From a virus (taxonomy: Duplodnaviria; Heunggongvirae; Uroviricota; Caudoviricetes): a stretch of DNA of 64,000 nucleotides. The translations under genes were made by a program, and so were the position numbers. Positions 53,419-63,997 of this stretch are shown here, piece by piece. Within the stretch, counting starts at the first letter, position 1; every line of letters starts with the position of its first letter. The stretch spans positions 172,098 through 236,097 of the IMG/VR virus record IMGVR_UViG_3300037400_006466; one strand, 5' to 3'. Below the pieces are notes generated by a model that worked only from the letters and a program-made list of their open reading frames with translations, was not told the DNA's origin and made no database searches.

Positions 53419-54393
53419 TCAAAACAGAAAACCCCAAGATGCATCACTGTCTGCATCACCTATGGATATGTGGTCCAATTTCCTCTGTCCGTCCTTGACC
53501 CATTCAAGGCACCTGTTGTTGTTCATCAGAAGGTCATAGAACTCCTTCTTGGTGAACTTGGCACCTGCGGCCTGCTTATGTCCCATGACACCATGAATCC
53601 TTGTGAGGTCCAGGTCTTTGCAGGTTCTGAGTGAGAAGGATGTCCTTGACCCTCCATAGCAGATGCAATAGTCAATCTCAGGATGATTCTTCATGAGCTT
53701 TGAGCAGACCATGGATAGTCTGGACTTCTCATCTATCCTTATATATACATAGGTATGTCCGCTATTGTCCTTTCTTAACTCAAGGTCTTTCTCAACATCA
53801 GCAAGAATAAGGTTCTCTGAGTTCTCTATCATCTCGAAGCAATCAGCCTCCTCTGGAGTCCACTCCCAAGGGGCATTAAGCTTCTTGACCATATGGTCCA
53901 CAAAGGGATAAGTTCCCAATCCGGTACAGACTTTATTGAGTCTTGTGGCATCCAACCAAAGGTCTGAGGTATCCACCCATCTGTCATAGGTGTCAACAAG
54001 AGATACGAAATAATCCACCTTCTTATCCCATATCTGGCCGCATTCCACAAGCTTTTTCTTGACCACATGAATCCAGAAAAGGGCTGTGCCACAATAGTCT
54101 GTGGACCATACATTTCCAGGATACTTGTCAAGATAGAAGGAGGTCTCATGATGGTCTATGATTATAAGACTCTTGAGTACCTTTCTCCATTCAATGAAGA
54201 CATCCTCAGGTATGGACAGGTCAGTTATCATGAGCTCATTGTCAGGAGTTATAAGCTCCTTGACAGAGGACTCATTCTCAAATCCGTAGTTCTTATTGAG
54301 AATCAAATCAAATCCAAGGTAATCATGATAGAGCCTTTCAAGGACATTGACTCCAAAACCGTCAATGTCAGTATGGCTCAACAATATTCTCAT
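53419..54393 (-). CDS. DHH-DHHA1 family phosphoesterase (NrnA / GdpP-like nanoRNase or cyclic-nucleotide phosphodiesterase)
   Basis: Start set at MRILLSHTDIDGFGV (DHH motif I). IIDHHET is DHH motif III. GVMGHKQAAGAKF is the DHHA1 GGGH motif. The track's N-terminal 40 aa is discarded. Confidence 0.75.
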   Translation of the reverse strand: MRILLSHTDIDGFGVNVLERLYHDYLGFDLILNKNYGFENESSVKELITPDNELMITDLSIPEDVFIEWRKVLKSLIIIDHHETSFYLDKYPGNVWSTDYCGTALFWIHVVKKKLVECGQIWDKKVDYFVSLVDTYDRWVDTSDLWLDATRLNKVCTGLGTYPFVDHMVKKLNAPWEWTPEEADCFEMIENSENLILADVEKDLELRKDNSGHTYVYIRIDEKSRLSMVCSKLMKNHPEIDYCICYGGSRTSFSLRTCKDLDLTRIHGVMGHKQAAGAKFTKKEFYDLLMNNNRCLEWVKDGQRKLDHISIGDADSDASWGFLF

Positions 54394-54436
54394 ACATATA
54401 ATATAAAGATGTACTGAAAGGATTCGTAAAAGTATT

Positions 54437-54640
54437 TTAATAAACTGAAAGCAGGAAATCCTCACCGGACTTGGTGAGCTCAACCCATGGAGTCCCTTCA
54501 TGGTCATCATCAAGGAATATGTATCCGTGCCTTATCAGGGTGCTTCTGTCCTCAGGCTGGAGGTCATCCAACCTGGTCTCATCACCAAACAATATCCCCT
54601 TATTGGCCTTTAAATATGAAAGATACTCCAATGCTGTCAT
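54437..54640 (-). CDS. small protein (MTALEYLSYLKANKG...)
   Basis: ORF. A frameshifted paralogue lies at 55740..55911. Confidence 0.5.
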   Translation of the reverse strand: MTALEYLSYLKANKGILFGDETRLDDLQPEDRSTLIRHGYIFLDDDHEGTPWVELTKSGEDFLLSVY

Positions 54641-54688
54641 AACACATTATTCCACAAAGAATAATTAGTTATGATTTTTTATGAAAAG

Positions 54689-55051
54689 TTAGTTCTCCAG
54701 AATATCATCAAAAGGAATCTTGGTATAGTCCTTTATCCAGTTGTAGATTGCAGTATATTGGGTATCCCTTCCCGCAGGAATGGAACCATCTGGGAAAATA
54801 TCTGTTATATTTGTGACAACGCTCCACTGATAAAGGCAACAGTTCACAATATTGTCCCCTGAGCCAATTCCTATTGTAGGATTCTCCAGAACCTGACCGT
54901 TCATCAATTTGGCTTCCCTACTAGGGTAAGCCTTCAATGAAAATTTTATAATGTCTGTAGTGTAAGCAACTTCATCTATTGCCCAGTATGCATCCTTGAA
55001 AGTAGTATACATGGAATTCTTTGTCTTATCTAAAGCGAATCTCAATCCCAT
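54689..55051 (-). CDS. small tail-associated protein (MGL...DAYWAI...AYPSRE); paralogue of 57356..57751
   Basis: ORF. Confidence 0.55.
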   Translation of the reverse strand: MGLRFALDKTKNSMYTTFKDAYWAIDEVAYTTDIIKFSLKAYPSREAKLMNGQVLENPTIGIGSGDNIVNCCLYQWSVVTNITDIFPDGSIPAGRDTQYTAIYNWIKDYTKIPFDDILEN

Positions 55052-55101
55052 TCTTCAATTCTCCTATTTTTTCTATAAAAACTATTATCCAATATTTCCA
55101 A

Positions 55102-55734
55102 TCAGTTATGAGAGTATGCTCCTCTGGCAGTGCTGACTCCCATAGGTGATCCATAATAAACGGAAGGCTTATAATCCCTGATAAAAGAAGAATCATCCCC
55201 GCTGGATGTCCTCACTAAAGGGCACCTGAAGACATATGACCCAGGTCTCCACATATAATTATAACTTGAGTTATTAGGAACAGTTTCTATTCCTCCATAA
55301 GAAAGGGTTACCTGTTCTGAAGGTGACCCTATTCCATCTCCTCCATAAGATATTATGAATTTCCATAAATGAATATCTGAGCTATCAGCATAATTTCTTC
55401 CTGTAGCATTAGATCCTCCCCTATTATGCTTGGCGCTACAAGTGCTATTATTATAGTTTCCAGGACTCATTGTAATAGTATAGCTATTAACCTTAGTGAA
55501 TCCTCCCCCTCCATTCCATTTATAGATATCAATTATACAAGCAGCAGCTGAAAGACCTGTTTGGTCCACAGAGGCACTAATCTCCCATGCAGGAGCAGCC
55601 AAATAAACAGTTTTTGTTAAATAACTTGTTCCTTTTTTTGAGGTATTATCAACTACTCTTCCAGACCATGCCCAACCGCTATATGACCCTGTATGGTTCT
55701 GATATGATATGTAATTTCCAGTTGCTACAGCCAT
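55102..55734 (-). CDS. Gly/Ser-rich fibre-like or receptor-binding protein
   Basis: ORF. Confidence 0.55.
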   Translation of the reverse strand: MAVATGNYISYQNHTGSYSGWAWSGRVVDNTSKKGTSYLTKTVYLAAPAWEISASVDQTGLSAAACIIDIYKWNGGGGFTKVNSYTITMSPGNYNNSTCSAKHNRGGSNATGRNYADSSDIHLWKFIISYGGDGIGSPSEQVTLSYGGIETVPNNSSYNYMWRPGSYVFRCPLVRTSSGDDSSFIRDYKPSVYYGSPMGVSTARGAYSHN

Positions 55735-55739
55735 AGTAT

Positions 55740-55911
55740 ATATTTAGTTCAAAATTACTCCTGCTCCCAGGAGTTCCCTTATCATCATTTTTCAGGAGGT
55801 CCCCCTGTCCTCTGGTAGAACTTCACTAATCCTGGTTTCATCTTCATACTTGTCCTTAATGAGAAGTCCCTTTTTTGACTTTAAATATAAAAGATACTCA
55901 AACTTAGTCAT
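55740..55911 (-). pseudogene. frameshifted paralogue of 54437..54640
   Basis: From the ATG at 55911 the frame encodes MTKFEYLLYLKSKKGLLIKDKYEDETRISEVLPEDRGTS*. The +1 frame continues LKNDDKGTPGSRSNFELN, which matches FLDDDHEGTPWVELTKSG in the paralogue. Confidence 0.4.
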
Positions 55912-55960
55912 AACATTTTACTCTATAAAAGAATAATTTGTTATGACTTTTTATGGAAAA

Positions 55961-57352
55961 TTAGACGAATGATTCTATTGTAGAAGACAACCCCTTACAA
56001 TGTACTCTACCTATTTCATCAAAATAAACCTTATTTATTTCAGGTTCTATAAGTATGTCATTACATATGATATCATATGTTGAGTTGAACTTTATTTTTC
56101 TATCTTCTGCCAATGGGGAAGGACAATGAATAAAAGGTTGAGAATACCCATCTGCCCAGCAATCAAAGAAGTATCTATTTACACCGGTACTTGTAGGTCC
56201 TACGGAACTACTACGAGATGTATTATAATAATAGAACCATCCATTACTTGAAGCAGTACCCATAGGATGAATACCACCAAATGCGTGTGTATATACTCTT
56301 AGATCTGTACCATTATTATTCACATCAAATCTAGGGCTATAGTTTCCCGAGCTCCAATTAGACCTTATAGCATAATCACTTGTTATTCTCCAATCTTTTG
56401 CATTACCATATTTGGATTGTGTAACGAGTAAAGGTTGATTACCCATATTAGGTTCTGCTTCAGGCCAGTACCATTCATATGATTTTCCTTGATAAGCATA
56501 ATTTGTATTTGGCATAAAATAAGTCTGTGCATAATAATACTGATTTTGCACTAGATTCAACTTATCAAAATATAGTAAAGCCTCACTACCAGTACCCGTA
56601 TTATAGGCAATATACCACTCAGAATCCCATGAAGTATCAAATTCACCAGAAGATTTATTATAATCAGCCTTGCTATTAGTACCACCTCCGGTTCCGCTTG
56701 GTTTCAAGTAATGCGTACCCTCTACATTTGCTGTGACGAATGTTCTGTTTTCCCTAAGATAATTATCACACCATGTCTTCCAAAAACCACTTGTATCATT
56801 TCCCGTATAGAAAGTATCAGCAATTGTACTTCCAAACATAGCAGTAATGTCAAATAATATTGTTCTTGTAAAACAGCAAGTACCTGAACCTACCCATACA
56901 ACCCAGTTTGCTCCTGATGAGTAACTTCTCCAATTGCCATGTGCAATAGTAGTATCTGCTTTGAATGTCCTTGATGAAAATCTCCACGTATCATCAGTAA
57001 TCAAGCTGAGGCCCCATCTATCAGTACCACCATTTCTTATTACAAAAGCAGTAGGTCCAGATGTTTTATACCAAGTGGAAAAATAATATATATGATTCTG
57101 CTCTATCTGTACGAGGGGTTGTCCTACCATACCAGTAATCCTTGCCCAATGGAAACCACATTTGGTAGTATAGATACTTCCAGTATTATATCCACTGAAA
57201 TCATTGAAATCAGAGTCAGCCCATGATGCAGGGTTTCCATCAAAAAATTTACCGCATCCGCACCCGTATCTGATAAGATTGGGAGTTACACCCCAGTTTC
57301 TTTGTATAGAGTTACATTCTAGTATTCCATTGGACTTGAATTTTATTGCCAT
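55961..57352 (-). CDS. fibre-like / receptor-binding protein
   Basis: ORF, Gly/Trp/Tyr-rich. Confidence 0.6.
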   Translation of the reverse strand: MAIKFKSNGILECNSIQRNWGVTPNLIRYGCGCGKFFDGNPASWADSDFNDFSGYNTGSIYTTKCGFHWARITGMVGQPLVQIEQNHIYYFSTWYKTSGPTAFVIRNGGTDRWGLSLITDDTWRFSSRTFKADTTIAHGNWRSYSSGANWVVWVGSGTCCFTRTILFDITAMFGSTIADTFYTGNDTSGFWKTWCDNYLRENRTFVTANVEGTHYLKPSGTGGGTNSKADYNKSSGEFDTSWDSEWYIAYNTGTGSEALLYFDKLNLVQNQYYYAQTYFMPNTNYAYQGKSYEWYWPEAEPNMGNQPLLVTQSKYGNAKDWRITSDYAIRSNWSSGNYSPRFDVNNNGTDLRVYTHAFGGIHPMGTASSNGWFYYYNTSRSSSVGPTSTGVNRYFFDCWADGYSQPFIHCPSPLAEDRKIKFNSTYDIICNDILIEPEINKVYFDEIGRVHCKGLSSTIESFV

Positions 57353-57355
57353 AGA

Positions 57356-57751
57356 TTACTCTGTTTCTTCAAAAACATCCTTATATGAAACATTCTTAGA
57401 ATCAAGATAGTTCTTAAAATGTTCATAGCATCCTGCTTTAATGGAATCAGAAGTAGAAGGTATAGATGTTGGGAATATATCTATAAGGTTTGCTTCTCCA
57501 TGATACTGCATTATCTTAGCATCATAGAAGGGCTCAATGGGAACAACACCCCAATCAAGAAGTGGAATACCAGTATGAGAAGTACTAAGTATCTTCAGTT
57601 CTCTTGAAGGATATGCTGAGAATTCATAACTTACTTTAAATTCCCCTGATTCAATTGTTCTGATTTCAAAATCTGTAATTGCAAAATATGCATCAGTATA
57701 ATCAGTAGCCATTGAATTATGTCTTGAGCTAATGTCAATTAAAAGTCCCAT
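57356..57751 (-). CDS. small tail-associated protein; paralogue of 54689..55051
   Basis: ORF. Shares MGL..D......M.T...DAY.AI and AYPSRE.K. Confidence 0.55.
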   Translation of the reverse strand: MGLLIDISSRHNSMATDYTDAYFAITDFEIRTIESGEFKVSYEFSAYPSRELKILSTSHTGIPLLDWGVVPIEPFYDAKIMQYHGEANLIDIFPTSIPSTSDSIKAGCYEHFKNYLDSKNVSYKDVFEETE

Positions 57752-57793
57752 TTATCATTTTCTCCTATATATAATAACATAAAATTTTATCCC

Positions 57794-60700
57794 CTATATT
57801 CCTCTATAAGTGAAAGTTAGGTCTGAGCCACCCTCAACATCCCATCCTGATAAATAGAGGGAAATGAATCTATGATTGGAGTCTCCTAAATAATATTGAT
57901 TATTCACTTTAGGATATATATTTGTAACTTCAATTCTAACCTGACTTGATAAGGTAGTCAAATCATATCTAAGGTCTCCTGGGTCATAAACTCCATGATT
58001 TCTAAGATTTAGAAGTTCAGTATCCCCACTTCCTCCTGAGGGTCCTTCTATACTGTATCTATTGATTCTATACCAATCAGAACCTCCTGTAATTAAAAAC
58101 TCTATTCCTCTTGATGGTATCAATCTTACAGTACTTACATTATCAAAATAATAATTTGAACCAGATGTACCTATTACTCTTGTTGCAGTAGTATCAATAA
58201 AGACACTTGAGGAATCCGTAGGAAAAAGACCTGAATTCAAGAAATCATTATAAAATAATGTTCCAGATAATTTCTCACAAGATACAATATTGGAACCACT
58301 ATATGTGGGAGGAGCAGTACCATCATCTCCTACCCAGTTCTGCCAAGCAGAACTTTCAAAATATTGTATAAATTGATTAGAACTAGATGAGGTACTCCAA
58401 AATATAACACCTTTTTTATTAGCAGTATTGGAATCATATACATATGCAAATATTCCATTACATATACTTTCAGGATAATAGTACCCTACTATTACATCAA
58501 CTGGATACTTTTCCCCTGTCTCTTCATCATATTCTGTCTGACTTTCTGTCTCTGTATACAAAGGTCTGGATATCCTAATACGATATGAAGTATTAGGGGT
58601 ACAATTATAGGTTACAGAACCTGAAGAACAATTTGCTAAAAGATTCCCACTTGAATCATAAATTCCTATGGAGCACTCCTCCTTATAAGGACAAACAAGA
58701 ACAAGTTTATTTCCGAATCTTGGAGTAGTAATATTCATAATATCAGTTTCATACCCGGGATTGGCTGAAGTTTCACTTGCAGTTTCACTAGCATATGTTT
58801 TACTTATAATGGAACTACTACACCATGATAATCTGTAGTCCCATTCTCCATATATTTCCCAACTCCAAGAAATATTAGCTTTTTGGAATATATTATTATT
58901 CTTTGCTCTAAATCTAATAGTATCATTTAAACTTATGAAACCTGAAAAAAGAGTTCTCTCTGAATTACTCCTATGGGAAGTAGCACTATATACCAGATTG
59001 TCATTTATATAGAACCAATGAGGCATTGTATAATTACTATCCATTCGAGCTTTAAATATCAGATAGACCTTCTTTGAAGAATTTTCTAATGCTGTTTCTG
59101 ATATCAATGTTGGTAAATTATATACTTTAATATTTACTTTATTTGAAGCTGAATTATTGCCTATTGAACCAGAACCTGACCCGTATCTTACTCTAACTCT
59201 TGAACCATTTTGAGAAGCGCATCTGTCATATTGAGTGCCCTTATATGTTATAGTTTTCTCCATGAATCCATGAGTGGAAGTTCCCTTAACAGAAGAAGAA
59301 CTGTCCAATATACCAGAACTGAATAGAGCACTACTGCTCCAAAGATTTGCGGTAAAGGTTTTTGCCCCATCAGAAGTAGGTATCTTATCTCCAGGAGAAT
59401 TTGCATAAGTAGTCAAAGATTCATGCTCTATAGTTCCATTGAATGTTCCACTATTCACTTTAAGAGAATTGGCAGTAATGTTATTTATTGTAGCACCAGT
59501 TATCTCAGTATTACCAGTTATAGTAGCATCTACTGCTGTAAGACCATTAGCTGTCAAAGTTGTTACAGTGGCATTTTCAGCAGTAAGACCTTGTATAGTT
59601 GCACCATATAGGTCTGCATCAACAAAGGATGCTTTTCCATCTGAAGAGGTAAGCTTGAATCCAGAAGTAGGAATACTATTAGTTTCCTCATAATTGCTGG
59701 ATTGGATTGTTCCTTTGGAGGACATTGTTATTTGATTGGCGAAGAGAGAATCTGCTACTATTGAGGAGAACCACGAGACACTGTTGGATGATGATAACTC
59801 TGAAAGATTCTCACCTGAATCCTTAAGCATGGAAAGCCCAGAAAGGATCTTGTCGCCGTTAGGGGCATTTTGTCTCATAAGCCCCCAGATATAGCTACCA
59901 TTACTTTTATCATACTGATATTCAAGAACAGATCCTTTAGGTATTTCCTCAGAAATGGTATATCCTGAAATATACCAATCTCCTTCCAAAAGACCTGTTG
60001 TAGGAACATCCTCAGGTATCTTTATAAGACCCAGAAATTTCTCTCTTTTAGTCTTATCAATAACTATAAGATTAAGTTCTCTTACTGTAGTATTATCCCC
60101 TTGAATTTGACCTTTTATTTTTATTTTGTCATAGACTGAATTATAAGGAATATTCATATAGTAATGCTGATTGGCTGTTACAGAATTGATTGTGAATCCT
60201 GGGGTCACCTCAGCATCATTATCATCAATCCAATTGGCAGTAATAACACAATTATTGGAGTATCCTTGTCTTGTAACAAATATGTCTAAGGACTGACCTC
60301 CAGAGAGTCTCATATCTCTAACAAACTCAGATGATGAGGCACTTATCTCAAATATCCTAATATTCGTTCCAGGAATACCTTGCTTCTGCTTGACTACTGT
60401 AAACACTTTAGTGTATGTCTCTGTACCATAGATTACCTTCATAGATACAGATGCAGAATCTGATGTCATTTCGGATAAAGTTACAGTAGGGGTTCCTGTG
60501 ACTGTAGTATTCCCATTATTTATCTTACACCCTGATGCAATATGGGAATATGTCAATCCACTGGTAACCTTTGATCCCCCTTCATACAATTCTATTGTTG
60601 TTGTAGCTCCTACAAAAGAAGATACATTACCATCTTTATCAGCAGGAATCTGTGAGGAATCATTTGTAAGTATAGCTACTACTGCATTCTTACCGTTCTG

Positions 60701-63700
60701 TCCGTTCTCACCGAAATCTATTATAGGTATTGTCTCCCTGTCGAGTTCAGTTGAATCAGAATATAATATAGCAGTATATATGGATACAGAGGAACTGGGT
60801 GTAAAAGTAACTGACCCTGATGTGCTTTCATAATCCCTTATTCCAGTCGTATCTGTTCCTTTCCACACCTTTATAACTCCTCCTGTAAATGAAGAAGTCA
60901 CTCCAGCTTTGTTAAATTTAGCTTCAAGCTTTATTTCATTAGGAGTAAGAGAATTTGAATTATTTACATCCTTTGAGATTATTGAAGTTGATTTCTCTAT
61001 CCAATAAGATATGGAGTTCTTACCATCATTTCCCCTAAGATACATTGAAAGAATATGTGGAGTAGCATGTGACCAATCAGGGTCACTTGATGTTTCAGGG
61101 TCAGTATCATAGATAACCCTTTCCCTTTGCCATACATATTGTTGACCTGCTGTATCTGATGGTGTTTTTACAGGAGTACCCCAAGCATCAGAAGCACTAC
61201 TAGGAGCAGAAGCTGTTCCATATGCATATTGCTCTTCTATTCTTTTAAGACTCTTACCATCTTCAGTGTATCTATATACTATATGAGGAGTTAATGTTTC
61301 TGTTGGATTGGTAGTTCTGTTATAAGAAACTATTTCTCTATTCCAAATAAATCTACAGGTAGGTCCTATATCTTCTATTGCTTCAGCAAATGTTCCCCAA
61401 GATTCAGAATCAGAAGCCGGTGGAGTATCTTCACTATTATTTGCTGCATATTCATCAGAAGTTCCAGTTACACTTATACCATTCTTATTGAGAATACCCC
61501 AATAATTCATGGTTTCATAATCATATATAAAATTGTTACTAGCAGTATGAGATTGTTTACAAGCAAAAGAAGCCCCTAAGCTGTCAACATAAACAACATC
61601 TATAATACCATCTTCTGCTACATATTCTGCACCTGCTGTCCATTCATCTCTGGGATTGAATGTTACATTTTGACCATCTTGGGCATTTATAGATGACCAT
61701 GTATATGAACTTGGTGATGCAGGAGGATTATTTTTATCAGAATTGACGGCAACACCCATATACTTGTCAGCACTTTGCATAGGAGTATGCATATCATTAT
61801 GAGGTGCATCTGTTGCTGAGTATCTTAAATGAATATATTCACTTACACCATTACCACCAGTAGCACCTTTATGGGCAAGTACTGTCCACTTGGAAGAATC
61901 AAATGTTGCTCCTGATTCATGTGTTTCATTACACATATAGGAATTTTCATCAGTTTCATAATAAACTACATCAATATATTCATCATTATTGACATACTTA
62001 TTGTTACCTGTCTGATTGGCTTTCCATTTTCCTCTGTTTCTGAATGAAACTGCACTTGTTCCATCTTCACCTACAAAATAGGACCATCTATAATCTATCT
62101 TTCTTGTAGGAGGAGTTGAACTTGTAATAACAGACATACCAAGGTACTTGTCAGTAGGTCTTAAAGTATCACTCATATCATCAAGACTGGTATCATCTGT
62201 AGGAGCGTATCTGATATGAATATACTGACTTATACCATCATTTCCATCCTTTATAATCTGTACTGTTTCAGTATCAAGGACAGGGTCAGTTTCTGGGTCG
62301 GTTTCTGAATTTTCATAGAGTTTAACTGTATAATAGTTATCTCCTTCTGTTGCAGTAACTGTCAACGTTCCAGTACCGTGGTCATCTTCAACAGAATCAC
62401 CATTCTTCCATAATCTGAGATAACCAGTTGTAAATCTTATAGGAGCATCTGAACCTACCTGCTTCATTGCAGTAAATACAACTTCATCAGGGTCAAAATC
62501 CAATGGGTCAGAGTTTATCCTTTCTTTTATTATACTGGTTGATTTATCAATCCAATAGGAAATTGCATTTTCACCATCAGCACCTTTCTTCTGCTTGGTG
62601 ACAATGAATCTTTTCACATAATGGTTATCATTATATGTTGCTTCAATATCAGCAAAACAGGTATCTGCTTCCAAAGCAGTAACAGTAAACTCATTACCAC
62701 TTTGACTTAATGTAATCTCATTTGATTTGTTTGATACCCTATATGTAGCAGTTACAGCGTCTCCACCAACATAAAGAGTAGCAGTTGTCTTAGCATTTGT
62801 AAGTACAGGGCTTGTACCATCTGCATTACTTGGTACGGAACAGTTTTCATTGGATAGAGTAAGAACAACTGCTGATTCACCATTTTTACCATCTATACCA
62901 TCAGCAGTCATCAATGACCAGTTTGTAGGAACAAAGACACTTCCTGAGGTATGTGTATGGGTGCAGGCATATGTTCCCTTTGTATATACAGGGTCATCAA
63001 CATATACCACATCTATGAAGTCTCCTGCTTCTCTTGGAGGTATAGGAGGATTTACTGTATCATCTCCTGGGTCTCCTGCATCATATCCGTTGAAATATGG
63101 TGTATTGGAATCCCATTCCCCTCTAATACGGAGTTTACCTGCATCAGTACCTTCAACTTTTGACCATTCATAACTTCCTGGATTGGAAGGGGCAGTATCA
63201 TCAGTGGTTGAGCAGATTCCCATCCACACATCAGCATCAGTCCTCTCATCCTTAGTGTGAAGTACATTTGTATCAGGGTCAGGAGAATACATTATGTAGA
63301 CATACTGACTTACACCATCACTTCCCTTAGGCCCTGCAGGTCCCTTTATGTTTCCTATACTTGAACCCCAATCAGAGGATCCTCTACAGTAGACATCACC
63401 GTTAGATACATTGAGATAATAATCCCCTTCTTTAGCATTTACATAATAGTATCCTTCTCTGGATTCAGAAGGGTTTATACTGGGAATTCCAGAACCACTG
63501 AACCATTTATCTCCATCATCTCCTCTGATATCTCCATCTTGAACCCATGCACCATTTACCTTATGATACACTTTTCCACTTGAAGTATCAAGACACCAGT
63601 CACCATCAGCTCCTATGCTGTCAGAGGGAGTATCATTTGAATTGAACCACTTGTCACCATCAGAACCCTTGAGGGTATTAAGCCATTGTTCCTCTGTACC

Positions 63701-63997
63701 CTGATACCCATGACTGACTGCAACATCATATGCACTTTGTCCTTCATCACCGAATCTTCCTATAAGGGTGATATCGGATTCATAATCAGAGTTGTCAGTA
63801 TAATGTACTTTGGTATAATTCCACAGGCACTTCAATGCAGGTGTTATTGTAGGAGGGGTTGATGACCAGTTGTCATCAGATTTGGAAGGTCTATGTGACT
63901 CATTGTCTGTGAGTATGTAGAAATCAGTTATGCTGTCCACACCTACACCATCCTCTGAGTAATATCCCACTATCCTTGGAGTAGTGTTGACAATCAC
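57794..63997 (-). CDS. giant tail fibre (more than 2067 aa; N-terminus lies beyond the window) with collagen-like phage-tail repeats
   Basis: The ORF is open up to the window edge. Repeated GDDGDKWF...GADGDWCLDTSSGKVYHKVNGAWV...GNIKGPAGPKGSDG blocks resemble phage tail repeats. The body is Thr/Ser/Asn-rich and beta-rich. Confidence 0.8.
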   Translation of the reverse strand: MIVNTTPRIVGYYSEDGVGVDSITDFYILTDNESHRPSKSDDNWSSTPPTITPALKCLWNYTKVHYTDNSDYESDITLIGRFGDEGQSAYDVAVSHGYQGTEEQWLNTLKGSDGDKWFNSNDTPSDSIGADGDWCLDTSSGKVYHKVNGAWVQDGDIRGDDGDKWFSGSGIPSINPSESREGYYYVNAKEGDYYLNVSNGDVYCRGSSDWGSSIGNIKGPAGPKGSDGVSQYVYIMYSPDPDTNVLHTKDERTDADVWMGICSTTDDTAPSNPGSYEWSKVEGTDAGKLRIRGEWDSNTPYFNGYDAGDPGDDTVNPPIPPREAGDFIDVVYVDDPVYTKGTYACTHTHTSGSVFVPTNWSLMTADGIDGKNGESAVVLTLSNENCSVPSNADGTSPVLTNAKTTATLYVGGDAVTATYRVSNKSNEITLSQSGNEFTVTALEADTCFADIEATYNDNHYVKRFIVTKQKKGADGENAISYWIDKSTSIIKERINSDPLDFDPDEVVFTAMKQVGSDAPIRFTTGYLRLWKNGDSVEDDHGTGTLTVTATEGDNYYTVKLYENSETDPETDPVLDTETVQIIKDGNDGISQYIHIRYAPTDDTSLDDMSDTLRPTDKYLGMSVITSSTPPTRKIDYRWSYFVGEDGTSAVSFRNRGKWKANQTGNNKYVNNDEYIDVVYYETDENSYMCNETHESGATFDSSKWTVLAHKGATGGNGVSEYIHLRYSATDAPHNDMHTPMQSADKYMGVAVNSDKNNPPASPSSYTWSSINAQDGQNVTFNPRDEWTAGAEYVAEDGIIDVVYVDSLGASFACKQSHTASNNFIYDYETMNYWGILNKNGISVTGTSDEYAANNSEDTPPASDSESWGTFAEAIEDIGPTCRFIWNREIVSYNRTTNPTETLTPHIVYRYTEDGKSLKRIEEQYAYGTASAPSSASDAWGTPVKTPSDTAGQQYVWQRERVIYDTDPETSSDPDWSHATPHILSMYLRGNDGKNSISYWIEKSTSIISKDVNNSNSLTPNEIKLEAKFNKAGVTSSFTGGVIKVWKGTDTTGIRDYESTSGSVTFTPSSSVSIYTAILYSDSTELDRETIPIIDFGENGQNGKNAVVAILTNDSSQIPADKDGNVSSFVGATTTIELYEGGSKVTSGLTYSHIASGCKINNGNTTVTGTPTVTLSEMTSDSASVSMKVIYGTETYTKVFTVVKQKQGIPGTNIRIFEISASSSEFVRDMRLSGGQSLDIFVTRQGYSNNCVITANWIDDNDAEVTPGFTINSVTANQHYYMNIPYNSVYDKIKIKGQIQGDNTTVRELNLIVIDKTKREKFLGLIKIPEDVPTTGLLEGDWYISGYTISEEIPKGSVLEYQYDKSNGSYIWGLMRQNAPNGDKILSGLSMLKDSGENLSELSSSNSVSWFSSIVADSLFANQITMSSKGTIQSSNYEETNSIPTSGFKLTSSDGKASFVDADLYGATIQGLTAENATVTTLTANGLTAVDATITGNTEITGATINNITANSLKVNSGTFNGTIEHESLTTYANSPGDKIPTSDGAKTFTANLWSSSALFSSGILDSSSSVKGTSTHGFMEKTITYKGTQYDRCASQNGSRVRVRYGSGSGSIGNNSASNKVNIKVYNLPTLISETALENSSKKVYLIFKARMDSNYTMPHWFYINDNLVYSATSHRSNSERTLFSGFISLNDTIRFRAKNNNIFQKANISWSWEIYGEWDYRLSWCSSSIISKTYASETASETSANPGYETDIMNITTPRFGNKLVLVCPYKEECSIGIYDSSGNLLANCSSGSVTYNCTPNTSYRIRISRPLYTETESQTEYDEETGEKYPVDVIVGYYYPESICNGIFAYVYDSNTANKKGVIFWSTSSSSNQFIQYFESSAWQNWVGDDGTAPPTYSGSNIVSCEKLSGTLFYNDFLNSGLFPTDSSSVFIDTTATRVIGTSGSNYYFDNVSTVRLIPSRGIEFLITGGSDWYRINRYSIEGPSGGSGDTELLNLRNHGVYDPGDLRYDLTTLSSQVRIEVTNIYPKVNNQYYLGDSNHRFISLYLSGWDVEGGSDLTFTYRGI

